Positions 35,965 through 55,880 of a DNA stretch of 64,000 nt are shown here, one piece after another. How positions within the stretch are numbered: the stretch's first letter is position 1; every line of letters begins with the position of its first letter. The translations under genes were made by a program, and so were the position numbers. The notes below the pieces were generated by a model. It had not been told where the DNA came from. It was given only the letters and a program-made list of their open reading frames with translations, and ran no database searches. Where the stretch lies: contig JBODTK010000015.1 of assembly GCA_050613775.1 (NCBI GenBank), forward strand, positions 806,001 to 870,000, given 5' to 3'. The DNA is from Neocallimastix sp. 'constans'. Lineage: Eukaryota.

Positions 35965-38900
35965 TTTTTTTTTTTATATATATATAAAAATAAAAATAGG
36001 AGCGTACTTTTTTTTTTTTTTAAACTTTGTTTTTCTTTAAATAAAAATAATTAAAGTTTTAATAAATGAATTGACTAGTTTTTCTTATTACTATTATTTT
36101 TATTATTATCAAGCTGAGTATTTTTTTTTTTTTCTTTAATGATTTTTAACTTTGGTATTAATATTATTATTTTATAATATATATAATGCTACTATCTAAA
36201 ATACTGGTATTAATTCCTTGAAAAAAATTTTTTTTTATGCACCTATGAAATATAATATATATAAATAAATATAAATAGATAGACAAACAGATAAAAAATA
36301 AGATTAATTATATATATAAAGAATTATTAATTCAAAAATTTAAAAATTTAAAAAGATAAATAATTTTTCTTTAAATAAATTTTAAAATATTAAATAAATT
36401 TTATTCTTAACATAAAAAAATTTCATTTAATATCATTTTAATATTATCATCTTTATCTCTTCTAAAAAATAAAAGTCATTTTATTAATGTATTGAATTTT
36501 TTTTTTATAAATAAAAAAATAATGAAAACTTAAACAACATTTATTATTGAATAATGTATATAGATATATTAACTCTTCATTTTATATAATATAATTGCTT
36601 TGTCATTTATTAATGTTACTAATTTTTAAAAAAAGGTTCAATATTTCTTCTCTCTCGTTATTTTTTTTTTTTTTGTTTGTTTGTTTGTTTGTTTAAATAT
36701 CACAATTTTTACAAAGTTTTATATATTCATTTATATTTGTATTTAAAGTATTTAAACAATTTCTTAATTCAACAATCAATTATCATTAATATATTTAAAT
36801 ATACCTAAAAATTTAAAGGTTTCTGTATTTAAATGATATTTTATTCCAATTATTTTTTTTTTATTTAATAAATTTTATAAGTTTATTGTTTATTTGATAA
36901 TTATTTTATTAAATTTAATACTAAAATCTTTTTATTTTTTTTTTTTTTTTTTTTTTTTTTGATACTATTTGTAATAAGAAATTAAAATAAGATAAAAATT
37001 AAAAAAAATAAAAGAAAAGAAAAGAAAGGAATTTTTGTTTTTATAGTACCAATTTATTAAAATTTTCTTATCAGTTCACTTATCAAATAAATAAATATTT
37101 ATTTATGCAATGATGTAGGTAAAACGATATAAAAGATAATAACTCTATACTCTATAAAATATATATATTTGTTAATTTTATTTTAAAGTCTTTTTTTTTT
37201 TTTTTCAAAGAAAATAAAAACAAAATTACTCTTTTTTTTAATATTTATATATTTTTAAATAAAAATAAAAGAACTTCTTTAGTTTCAATAGTATTACTAA
37301 TATATTTATTTTAAAGTGAAATCTTTTTATTCTATGAAGAATAGAAAGACTTTTCTACATAAATAATAATAATAATAATAAAAGTTGACTTTTAAAGTAT
37401 ATTTTATAATTAAAATATTATATAAATAAAAAAATTTTTTTTTTTAATTAAATATATTAATTATATAAAGAAAAAATAAAAAAAAAAATAATAATAATAA
37501 ATTAAAATATATATATTCATTTATAATTTAATAATTATATATTTTATTTAAATATTTAAAACTTTAATTAAATAAGATAATTATAAAAAAAAAAAATAAA
37601 TAAATAAATATTTCATTATTAAATATAAAATTTTTAAATATAAAAATAAAAAAATAAAAAAAATGGTGTAACCACATAGTTTTCATATTTTCATGATCAT
37701 TTTTAATGCTTAAAAATTAATTAAAAATTGAATTAAAACTTTATTATATAATAAAATATTATTGTCTGTATCATGAAATTACCACATGACTAACTAAAAA
37801 GAATGGTTTTTACTTTCTTTTTTTTTTAACCTTTACAGATTTTTCTATGGATTAGGATTATTGGTTTGATAATTTTTTATTGTTTTATTGTATATTGTTT
37901 AATTAAAACTTTTTACATAATTAAAATATTTATAGTATATAGTAACTATATAATATATAATAACAATAAAATATTAACTATTATAATATTATTATCTAAT
38001 ATTATTTACCGTATTTCATATATATTGTCATGAAATGTCACATCACACATCCTCCCAAGGGTAATTTTCCCTATAAATAAAATTGGTATTCGCTCACCAT
38101 GGTTTTAAGTATTCCAATTGCTAGACTATATATCGGCTAGTCTAGTGATCATCTGATCTGTGAAAGGATTAGGGTAATCATTCCTTCCCTCGATAACGGA
38201 TCAAGAGATCACTGAAAAAAAAGGAAGCCTGTCATATAAAGCGTCGTATAGGGAATTTCTTTTATATTAGCCTTTCTTAGGGAGAGAAATCTACGTCTTA
38301 AACGTTATGACATAGAATCCAATGAAAGTCTGTTACGATTAACAAAGAGAATTTGGAGGTCCTATCGCTCATTAATCCCAAACTAGAAAAATAAAAATAA
38401 GAAAAAAAAAAAATAAAAAAAAAAGTCATGAAATGTTATGGTATTACAAAATAATTATAAAAATTTTAATAATATTTATACATATACATAAATTTAAATT
38501 AATTTTTTTTTTTAAAAAAAAAAAAAAAAAGGAAAAGGAAAAAAAAAGTATAAAGTAAATTTATTAAATTTCAATTTTCTTATTTATTTTATTTTATTCA
38601 TTTTGTACTTTATATATAAATAAATTTCTACTATTTATTTTATTTTATTTTTATTAATATTTTAATACATTAATATTATATACTACTTCATAATTTATTT
38701 TATTTTATTTTATTTTTAAGGTTAAAACTCAATGGAGTAAATAGTGGATGCAATCCTATATTATTTAAAATTTTATTTATTTCTATTATGATTTATTCAT
38801 TAATTTATTTATTATATGGGTTATGTGCTTTTTTTTTTTCACTTCTTCTTTCTTATTGTAATTGATTGAATTGTTTTAATTCCTTTATAATATAATATAT

Positions 38901-39334
38901 TTTTATTTATTACTTTACACTCCTTTATAATATAATATATTTTTATCTATTACTTTACATTCCTTTAATAGTTATTCATTTATTTAAATACTTACTAATG
39001 TCAATTGTTCAAACTTAATTTTAAAACTTTAACTAGAATTACTTATAATTTATCTATTAATTATTAATAGATTCATTTATTAAAAATTATTATCATTAAA
39101 AAAAAAAAAAATTTTTAGGTTAAATATTATTGATAACTTTTTTTTTTTGAAATGACATATTTTTTAATTTAAAAATTTTTTTAAATATTAAAAAAAAATA
39201 GTTTTTAAATTAAAAAAAAAAAAAAAAAAAAAATTAAATTTTATGTCATAATCAAATTTTTGAATTTTATTTTATTTTTTCCTTTTTTATAGATTACTGT
39301 TACATAAAATAATTAAATAAATCATAATAAATAA

Positions 39335-39375
<41 letters not shown>

Positions 39376-39784
39376 AATTAAATAAATAAATGAATAAATC
39401 ATAATTAATAAATAATTAATAAATAAATAATTGATAAATAAATAATAATTAATAATAGATATATATATAGAGAAACTTTTTATTATTAATAATTTAAAAG
39501 TATTTATTTATTTATTTATTTATCTGTTATTAAAAATAGAAATACATAACAAAAAAAAAAAAAAAAAAAATTAAAGAAATAAATATATGAATAAATAATA
39601 AATATAAATTTATTTAATATTATATATATATATTTATATAAAATAAATGAATTAGATTTTAAAGAATCTTTATTATTAAATATATATATTCAATAAAAGG
39701 AACAAGGAGAACACAGAAAGAAAAAAAGTTCCCCCAAAAATAATTAAAAAAAAAAAAATAAAACCAAAAAAAAAAAAAAATAAA

Positions 39785-44798
<5,014 letters not shown>

Positions 44799-44852
44799 AT
44801 AAATAAATAAGAACTAACTAAATAAATAAATAAGAAATAGTCTATAAAAAGT

Positions 44853-44883
<31 letters not shown>

Positions 44884-44974
44884 CAAAAAATTAAAAAAAA
44901 AAAAAAAAAAAAAAGTTAAATAAATATTAAAAATGACAATAATAATAATTGAGCAAATAAATCAATAGCAAAAG

Positions 44975-45012
<38 letters not shown>

Positions 45013-45183
45013 TATGTTAAAATTATATATATTTAAAATAAAAATAAAAAAATAATAATAAATAATGAAAATAAAAATATAATAATTGTATATATTCTTT
45101 TTTAAATAACATATCTATTTAATATTTATATATATATAAATAAAAAAAAAAAAAAAAATAATTGTATAACATTTTAAAATTTA

Positions 45184-45314
<131 letters not shown>

Positions 45315-45318
45315 TATT

Positions 45319-45352
<34 letters not shown>

Positions 45353-45434
45353 TTTTTTATTTTTGTTTTTTGTTTTCGTTTTTCTATTATCATTTATTAC
45401 TATATACAAAATACTAATTGTATATAGTATTATG

Positions 45435-45480
<46 letters not shown>

Positions 45481-46427
45481 ATTAATAATTATAACAATAG
45501 AAATATATATATATATATATATTGTTAATAATGGGTAGAATAAAGTGATTAGAGAAAATAGGTATACAAATATAAATATTTAGTGATAGTGAAAATAATA
45601 GTATCGGTACCCACTAATGGAGTGAATCAGTTCAATTGGGGAAAAATCGTATTAATTTTTTTTTTTTTTTTTTTTTTTTATTTAAAGTAATTTTTCTGAA
45701 TAATGAGTGGTATGTATGTATGTATGTATGTATGAATAAATCTATCTATCTATCTATCTATCTATATATATATATATGTGTGTGTGATGTGATACCGATT
45801 ATATAACTTCTTTCTTCTTCGGTGGAAGAGATGCAGACATTTTTACATTTTATTAATTTTAAATTAAATTATAAAGAGGAAGGAAGAGGAATGATATATA
45901 TATATATTTTTTTTGTTTGTTTGTTTTAAGAACTAAATTAAATTATTTCTAGTAATTATTCAAAAAAAAAAAGTCATTCTTTTGGCTCTCTCTCTCTTTT
46001 TTTTTTTTTTTTCAGAAATTATACAATTGCCTCGGGCTATTAGTACTCGTCGACAAAGGATGGCTTATTTCCGACGATGACGGTATATAAAGCACGCACA
46101 AACTAACTAATCAAGAAGCATCAGCACTTGAAAAATACAGTAAGATTAGACAGACAGGCTAGCAGAGTCCAAATGCCTCTCTGAAAGGAGAGAAAGACCA
46201 TAAATTTCTATAAATTTCTTTTTCAGATAGTTTATTTAAACCCTAATCCATAAGGAAATAAGGTTTCGTTGTATAGAAACGAAACTTTTTTTTTTTTTTT
46301 TTTTTTTTTATTTCATGTTACAATTTTTTTTTATATATATAAATATTAATATTATATATTTAAAAATATATATATATATATATATTTATATTTTTTTTTT
46401 TAAAATAATAAAAAATAAATGTAAAAA

Positions 46428-46908
46428 TGTTAAGGAGTTGCACAGAATGTGGTGTATACACACATGAAATTTATGTTATATATTTATATATTTATTTATT
46501 TATTAATTATTATTTTTATTTCTTATGATAAAAAGACCTAGTTATTTAATGTTATATATTAATTCAATATTTAATCTATTACATACATTATATCATTAAG
46601 AAACTTTATAATATCTTATTGTGCATTACTTACATTCCCCCTATATTAAGTATTATAAATTATATATATATATATATTACATACAAATAATGAAATAATA
46701 ATAATATATTTTATAACTATATATACAAATAATGAAATAATAATAATATATTTTATAACTATATATACAAATAATGAAATAATAATAATATATTTTATAA
46801 CTACACACACAAACAATGAAATAATAATAATATATTTTATAACTATATATACAAATAATGAAAAATAATATATTTTTTTAACTATATATACAAATAATGA
46901 AAAATCAT

Positions 46909-46939
<31 letters not shown>

Positions 46940-47821
46940 GTAAAAAATCAAATTTGTAAAACGATTCATTTTTATGCCTGTAATGCTTTTTGTTAGAGGA
47001 TCGGCTAACATGTTTTCTGTGTTAATATATTCTAATATAATATTATTGTTATTTATTTATTTCTTCTTGTATAAATTTATATCTAGTATCTATGGGTTTA
47101 CATCGGCCTTTTAAATTTGTATCTTGAGCTATTGCTATACTAGTTTTATTATCTACCATAATTTTTATTTTTATTTCTTTATTAAAAATTTCCTTAAATA
47201 AAGTTTTTAAACCAAATACCTTGTTTTGGCACATTCAGTTAAACTAACAAATTCAGCTTCTGTTTTGGATTGAGTTACCCTTTTTTTTAGTTGTTGAGAT
47301 TTCCATGAAATTGGACTATCACCAAGTAAGAAAATAAAAACCGCTAGTGGAATCTTCTTGTTTTTTTCATCACTTGCAAAATCTGAATCAGAATATCCAA
47401 TGAATCTGTTTCTTTTATTACGACATATTGATTTATTAATTGTTCCTTTTAAATATAAATATTGTCATGTGTGAATTAATGATCCATAATTCGCTTCGGT
47501 TGGATTTTCACAATTTCTTGAAGCTTGGTTTACTACAAAAAGATATGTCAGGTCTGGACTTAACTGCTATATAAAGAAGAGCACCAAGTAAAGATTTATA
47601 TTCCCCAACATTAACCAAATTTATCTATTGACATCTAAATCAATAGACGTATTGTTTGAGTATTTTAATATATTTGTCTTTTCGAAAAAGTCGGTGTCTT
47701 TTATATAATTCATTGACTAAATCATTAAAATTTTTTTAAAACTGTATATAGGAGGTGAATTAATACCAATTTTATTTATATTCAATAGATGAATATAAAA
47801 GTTTTGTTTCTTCATCCATTG

Positions 47822-47852
<31 letters not shown>

Positions 47853-48630
47853 AATGTTCATACTCAGTTTGGTGTTTTTCAAAAAGATTATTTAATTCAT
47901 TTATATACTGAATATAATCATTATTATTAATTTTTAAATTTTTGATTTTTTTTTTTTTTTTTTTTTTTGTTCTAAGATATTTAATAATGCTTATCCAGAT
48001 TAATAGTAGCGCCTTTTCAATCTTTGCATCATTTGGTATGCAGTTCTACATCCACTAAGATAATTTTTGATTAATTTTAATCAGGCTATTAATTAATTAT
48101 TATTGACTGGATTGCATTATCATCTTTTATTTTGTTTTTCTATTCATAATTTTACTATCTATTTGTTTGTCAATAAAAGTTATCTAAATCATTGGCAATT
48201 AAATATCTTCTTAATGGTTTCATACCAGTCAAGAAAATTTTTCTTTTGACATGTCAAAATCTTTTATATCAAAAACAGATTTTTGATGTATTATTACCAT
48301 AGTATTTATTAATTTTATTAATGGGAATATTTTTATGATTATTAGGATTATTATTAACATCAAATAAATCAAAATCGTTTTTATTTTTTTTAAAATAATA
48401 AAAAAATAAAAATAAAAATGTTAAGGAGTCACACAGAATGTGGTGTATACACACACACAATTTATATATATTATGATATATTTATTTATTTATTTATTTA
48501 TTAATTATTATTTTTATTTCTCATAATAAAAAAGACTCAGTTATTTAATATTATACATAAATTCAAATATTTAATCTATTACATACATTATTAAGAAACT
48601 TTATAATATCTTATTGTACATTACTCAACA
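46428..48630 (-). mobile_element. Decayed, internally deleted Ty1/copia LTR retrotransposon
   Basis: Direct repeats TGT...ACA at 46428-46634 and 48419-48630, with a polypurine tract (minus ATAGGGGGAA) at 46635-46644. Broken RT/RNase H remnants (RPD, GYSDSDFA, ISWKS, TQSKTEAEFV, VDNKTSIAIA, IDTRYKFIQE, MLADPLTK). Flanked by AAAAA on both sides. Confidence 0.88.
46670..46905. repeat. ~39-bp tandem repeat (about 6 copies) in the copia 3' internal region
   Basis: ACAAATAATGAAATAATAATAATATATTTTATAACTATATAT repeated. Confidence 0.85.
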
Positions 48631-49118
48631 AAAAAATAATAAATAATAATAATAATAAAGTATTTAAAAAAGTATTAATAAACTTCATTATAGATAAAAG
48701 AGAAGGGAAAAGGGTTTTTTTTATTTTTTATTTTTCTTTTCTTTTCTTTTATTTTTTTTTTATTTTTATTTTTTTTATTTATTATTATAATTTTTTATTT
48801 TTATTTCATAATTATTTTTTTTGTTAAATATAAAATAATATATATTTATATTTATAAATATATAGTTTTTTGTTTTTTTGTTTTTTTATGTTTTAAAATG
48901 ATTAAATTGTTTAAAAAAAAAAAATTATAATTTTTTTTTTTTTTTTATTTTTTGTATATAATTATTAATAAATATATAAAATAATAATAAAAATAAATAA
49001 ATTATTATTATTTTTTTTGTTTTTGTTTTTGTTTTTTTCTTAAAAAAAAAAAATTATTTATTAAAAGATTTAAAATGATTCAGATTCACGAGAAAAGAAA
49101 AAAGGAAAAAAATATAAT

Positions 49119-49151
<33 letters not shown>

Positions 49152-49351
49152 AATAAAATTATTACTATTATTATAATTAATATAAATATGAATATTTAAT
49201 TATAAATACAATTAGTTATACATTAATATCTTATATATATATATATATAAATAAAAGCATATAATATATATATATGTATATATATATGTATGTAGAGAGA
49301 CAGATATTTTATATAAATATATATTGATATATATACATAATAAATTTATAT

Positions 49352-49388
<37 letters not shown>

Positions 49389-49849
49389 CTATAATTATAT
49401 TTAAATTTCAATGATTTCGTTATTTTTTTTTTTTTTTTTTTTTTGTTTGTTTGTTTGTTTGTTTGGTTTTGTTTTGTTTTACGTTTGTTTGTTTATTTGT
49501 TTTAATGTTTATTATTGACTTTTTTTGTTTGTTTGTTTGGTTTTATTTTGTTTTTTAACTATTTAATACAAAAAATACTATTTTGTTATTAATATTTTTT
49601 AATTGTAAAATTATTAACTATTATTTTTTTTTTTAGTTTTTTTTTATTATTTTTTGTTTTTGTTTTTGTTTTTGTTTTGCTTTTATTTTTATTTTAATTA
49701 TATTTTTTTTTTCATTGTTTTTAAATTATTTTATATATTTTTGTATTTTTATTTTTTGTTTTTTCGCTTTTTTTTTTTTTTTTTTTTTTTTTATTTTATT
49801 TTATTTATAACAATTATTAATCTATTTTTTGTTTTTGTTTTTGTTTTCG

Positions 49850-49884
<35 letters not shown>

Positions 49885-50736
49885 AATTAAAATAATATAT
49901 ATAAATCTATATAATTTTAATATGTATATATATAACAAAAAAAAAATACAAACAATCATATTTTTTTCTTTTTTAGTTTTGTTTTATATTGCTTTGTTTT
50001 TTTTTTTTTAACCTATATCACCTTTAACTATTTATTTACTATTAATTATTTTAATACTTTAATGATAAAATTAATTTAATTCTTGTTTTTAGGCTTTAGT
50101 TTTAACTTTCGTTTTTCATTTTTCTTTTCGTTATTTTTTTTTTTTTTTTGCTTTCAATTTTACTTTTGCTTTTGTTTTTAATCTTGTTTATGTTTTTTCT
50201 ATATTTTTCTTTTCTCTTCTCATAGTTATACTCTGTTTTTTCGTTTGTTCATTTATTTTTATTATTATTATTATTAATATATAACTATTATTATTATTCA
50301 TTCTCTCATTCATTCATATTTAAAATAAAAAAAAAAAATAAAAATAAAAATAAAATAAAAATAAAAAAAAAAAAAAAAAATATCAATAAGTAAAATGAAA
50401 ATTCAATAAAACAATAATAATTAAAAATAAAATAAAATAACAAGATAATAATAAAATGAATATAAAAAAAGTTTTATATTAGATTTTAAAAATAAAATAA
50501 AAAATAAAATGAAATAGTAAAATTTTGAAAAATAAAAATAAAATATTTTTTAAAAAAAAAAAATAATAATAATAATAATAATAACGTGATATAACATTTT
50601 ATTGAATCAATAATAATAATAATAATAATAATATATAATAATTCATTTAATCATTTTTAAATCAATAAAACATAGATAATAGATTTTTTAAATAAAAATT
50701 AAAATAAAAAATAAAAAAAAAAAAATAAAAATAAAT

Positions 50737-50767
<31 letters not shown>

Positions 50768-50995
50768 CATATATAAAAATAAAAAAAAATAAAATAATAT
50801 ATATATATATATATATATTTATATTTTTTCTTTTTTTTTTTTTTTTTTTTTTTCCCTTTTTTTCTTTTGTCTTTTTTCTTTTTTTTTTTTTTTTTTATTT
50901 TTAATTTTTTTCTCTCTCTCCCTTAAATTAATAATAATTAATTTTTGTTCAAAAAGATAAAAGAAAAAGAAAAGAAAAGAGAAATAAAATAATTA

Positions 50996-51032
<37 letters not shown>

Positions 51033-51352
51033 GTTAATTGTAATTGTTCGATAATAAAAAAGAAAAAGTAAAAAAAAAATAAAAATAAAAAATAAAAAAT
51101 AAAAATAAAAGAAAATGAAATAATAATAAATACACTATAATATAGTTATAATATAATTGATTATCTTATTATACATTTCTTTTTCTTTCTTTTTTTTTTT
51201 TTTTTTTTTTTGTAATGACTGTTATTGATGTTGTTGTTGTTATTGTTGTTACTATTATCGTTCTTACCACTATTGTCGTTATTATTATTTACTACTTATC
51301 ATTTTCATTACTAATTATTGTTTAATTATTATTAATGATGAATATCTGAAAT

Positions 51353-53883
51353 TTAAAAATCCTAAATTATAAAAGATTATTATTATAATAAAATAAATTA
51401 AAATATAATTAAATAAAATAAAAATTAATATAAAAAAAAAAATAATAAATAATAATAATAATAATAGAATAATAGAAAAAAAAAAAATAGAGATAGAGAT
51501 ATAGATATAGATATGAATAAATAAATAATAAAACAGAAATAGATATTTAATCATATATATATAAATTATATAAATTACTTTAAAAATATCAGCATAAATA
51601 TCTTCTTCTTTTTGAATATCATAGGGTTCATAATCTTCTGGATATTGATCAAAATGACTTGTATCTCCATCATATCTACAACGGGGTATATAAGGTGGTA
51701 TAATTAATTTATTTTTAACATGTTCCCAATTCACACCAGCAAACCATTTATGATTTTTAATATCTTCAACACCACCTTTCAAATTACCATAACGCTTAGA
51801 AAGATCAGGTTGTAAAAGTTTACGAATTAAATCACGAGCACTATGATTAATTTGCGGTGGGAAACTATACTTTCCTTCTAAAATTTGTTGATATAATTCT
51901 ACATGATCTTCCTTATAGAAGGGTGGATAACCAGCAAGCATTTCATAAATTAATACACCTAAAGCATACCAATCAACAGCTTGAGAGTAAGGTTTTGATT
52001 GAATAATTTCTGGAGCCAAATAATCTGGAGTACCACATAAAGTATAGGTAACATCAGTAACATGTTTAGCAAATCCAAAATCAATTAAACGAATATGACC
52101 TGTTTCATCTAATAAAATATTTTCAGGTTTAAGATCACGATAAATAATATCTTTAGAATGTAAATATTCAAAAACAACAATAACTTCAGCAGCATAAAAT
52201 TTAGCAATATCATTTGTAAAATACTATTTAATAAATATATATATATGAATGCAGTATATATGTATATATGCATATATGTATATATGTATATATTTATTTA
52301 TGTATATTCGTACGTATGTATGTATATATGTATATATGTATATATGTATGTTTATATATATATTATGAATAATTTTAAAATAGAATATTATAATAATAAA
52401 AATATATAATATAGAGATATGTAAAAATATTTTTCCAGAGGTTAATGTTAATATAATATAAAATATAAATAATTTAAATAATTTAAATATATATATATAT
52501 ATATATATTATTTTTAATAATAAAAAAGAAGAAATAAATAAATAAATTTAATATAATATAATAATAAATAAATAAATAAACTATTTCTTTTTTTAATATA
52601 TTTAAATATAAAAATATTACTTTTTGAGCTCTTAAGAAAGAAAATAATTCACCACCACAAGAGAAATCCGTAACAATATATATGTTAGTATTATCTTGGA
52701 ATCCACAAAGCATATTAATAATGAATGGATGATTAATTTCTTCAAGAATATGTTTTTCATTAAGAATGTGTTCCACTTGTTTATACTGAATAATATCTTC
52801 TTTTCTCATAACCTTTAAAGCATAATACTCACCATTAGCCTTTAAACGGGCTAAATGTACACGACCAAATGAACCCACACCGATAGTTTGTAAAACAATA
52901 AAATCATCTAACTCATAATGTAATTTTGGGAATTCTTCAACAACCGAAGAATATGGTGATGGAGGTTGAAGAGTTGGTTGAGTAAGAGACTGAGGGAAGG
53001 ATAAACTTTCATCTAATGAAGATTGATTTAATTTATCAGTCAAATTATCTATATCATTACTTTCAGATTCATACTCTGACATTTTATCATTAACATCTTC
53101 TGAAATTTCTGCTTCTGTACTTTTAATAGTAACATCAGAAGCTTTCTTTTCAGTTTTAGTAATAATTGTTGGTTTTATTTTGGTGACATTTTTTTTATCC
53201 TCTTTTATATCCTTAAGATTAGCATCAATACTAACTCTTTTTCCATTAATAAGAGTTTCATTCATTGCTGAAAATGAAATTTTCTTCTTTTTGGGTTTAT
53301 CTTTATTATTTGATGCATTTCCATTAACATTCTTTTTATTCCATTGCTTTTTTGAAGAATTATTAACTTTAATATTTTCCTTAAAATTATCATCCTCTTC
53401 TTCTTCTATAATAAATGAATTTGGATTTGGAATAAATTTCTAAAATAATAATATTATATAATAAAAAATTAATTAAAAATAAATCAAAATATATATATAT
53501 AAGTTAAGAAAGAAAATAATAAAAACTATGTTTTATATATATTTATATATATATATATATATATATTTAATAACTAATTTTTACCTTTGATATACTAGTA
53601 GTTAAATTTTGTTTCGAAAAAGAAAAAGGATTTTTCTTAAAATTTAACTTACTCTTATTTTTTTCAGAAGATGATTTATTCTATTATTAATATAAATGAA
53701 TATTTATACAATAATAATAATATATATATTAATATAAAAAATTTTATCACAATTTTTTTTTTTATTTATTTTAAATAATAATAATAATAATAATAATAAT
53801 ATGTTAAAAATGAAATTTACATTTGAATTGGTATTAATATTGGAAAATTTAGATTTTCCTTTCAATTTACTTATAAAATCCAT
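51353..53883 (-). CDS. cAMP-dependent protein kinase catalytic subunit; exons 53883-53821, 53680-53585, 53439-52621, 52223-51579, 51361-51353
   Basis: GVGSFGRV, YALKVM, KQVEHILNEK, YRDLKPEN, DFGFAK, TYTLCGTPDYLAPE, DWYALG, KRYGNLKGG, C-terminal FKDF* hydrophobic motif. The two 5' exons are less certain. Confidence 0.92.
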
Positions 53884-54969
53884 TATTAATTTATTTTTAT
53901 ATTATAATTTTATATTAATTGTTTTTTATAAAAATATATAAATATATAATATTAACTAATAATATTAAAATAATAACAATTATTTATTTAATTATTATTA
54001 GTGTTGAAAAAATAATTAATATAACAATTATATATTAATTATATATTAAATATTATATTTTTATTGATTTATTAATTACTAAAGTTGTTTGTTTGTTTGT
54101 TTGTGTGTTTCTTATTGAAAATACTAAAATTATACAATTAATATATAAATATATATATATAATAATACTTTCAAAAGAATTATATTTATTTTCCATTAAA
54201 AGAAAAAGAAAAAAAAAAAAAGTATATATATAAATAAATAATATATATAATATATTTATTATTGATATAATATACAAAGTTTATAAATATGTTTGTTTTT
54301 TTCTTAAATAGAGTATGAGCACATATATAAGTGTTTTATATTTTTCTTTATTTTTTTTTTATCTTTCTTTCTTCGTTTTAATACGATTTCTATTAATTAT
54401 ATTGTTTTGAATTATGAAATGTCTTAACTTATATTTCAAAATAAGAGAAAATTAAAAGTATATATTATTACTACTAATAAAAATAAAATTAAAATAAAAT
54501 TAAAACGTGAATGTACAAGGTGAAAGGTGAAAAAAAAAATAAATAAAATTTTATAAATTTATCAGTATACACTTTTTTGCTTTTGTATAAAAAAAAAATA
54601 ATTAAATAAAGATATATATTTTTTAAAAATCAATATAAAAAAGAATTCTTTTTTTATATTTTTTTCTTTAATTATTATTTTATTTATAATTGTATACTTT
54701 ATTCTAGAATTAGATATATTTTTAATATTTAATATTTTTACTGCAATATTTTATATAGAATCATTTGTTCATAAATTTTATTAATTCTTTCTTTCTTTTT
54801 TTTTTAAAAAAAAATAAAATAAAATAAAAAGAACAAATAACTTCATATAAACAATATTTTGATGTTATTAGTCTTTTTATTTTGTTTTACCAAAAAAAAA
54901 AAAAAAAAAAATTAAGAATAAAATATTAATTAAAAAAATTTTTTCATTTACAAAAAAAAAACAATATAA

Positions 54970-55880
54970 TTAATTATTAAATAATTGAATAATAAATAAT
55001 AAATAATAAATGATAAATAATAAATAATAAATAATAAATAATAAATAATAAATAATAAATAATAAATAATAAATAATAAATAATTAATAATAAAAAGAGT
55101 ATTTATCAATAAATAATAAATAATAAATAATAAATAATAATAAATAATAATAATTGAATAATAAATAATAATAATTAATAATTAATAAATAATAAATAAT
55201 TGAATAATAAATAATAAATAATAAATAATAAATAATTATTATTGAATAGTAAATAATAATTATTGAATAGTAAATAGTAAATATTAAATCATTAATATTC
55301 TCTCTATTTAATCATTTATTAACACAAAACAATAGAAAGCATTCATAACAAATTAATATAAAATAAATTATATATAAAATAAATAAAATATAAATATTCT
55401 ATTTATTAATGAATAGATTATATATCATATATTTAATTTATTTAATATATTTTCCATATATTATGAATAATTTCTTTTTTTTTTCTTTTTATTATTAAAT
55501 AAGATTTAACAGAAATATAAAAAAAAAAAAAACATTAAAAAATAAATATTAAAATTTTTACTATAAATTAACATAATTAATCAAAAATAATAAATAAAAA
55601 CTTAATAATAACAAACAATAATTATTTATTAATAAATAATAATTAAATAAATAAATAATAGAAAAGAGTATTTATTAATAAATAATAAATAATTGAATAA
55701 TAAATAATATATAATAAATAATTGAATAATAAATAATATATAATAAATAATTGAATAATAAATAATAGAAAAGAGTATTTATTAATAATTAATAAATAAT
55801 AAATAATAAATAATAAATAATAAATAATTAAATAATTAATAATTAAATAATAAATATTAAATAATTGAATAATAAATAAT
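54970..55880. repeat. (TAAATAA)n heptamer minisatellite patches, opposite orientation to those at 27-33 kb
   Basis: Direct reading. Confidence 0.8.

Noticed and set aside
45619..45629. GGAGTGAATCA match to the LINE leader motif
   Set aside because: Only 11 bp with no flanking similarity; likely chance.
46236..46250. AAACCCTAA as a telomerase RNA template (also GGATTAGGGT at ~38166)
   Set aside because: Barely more than one repeat, and located at the 3' end of the island with no downstream pseudoknot domain.
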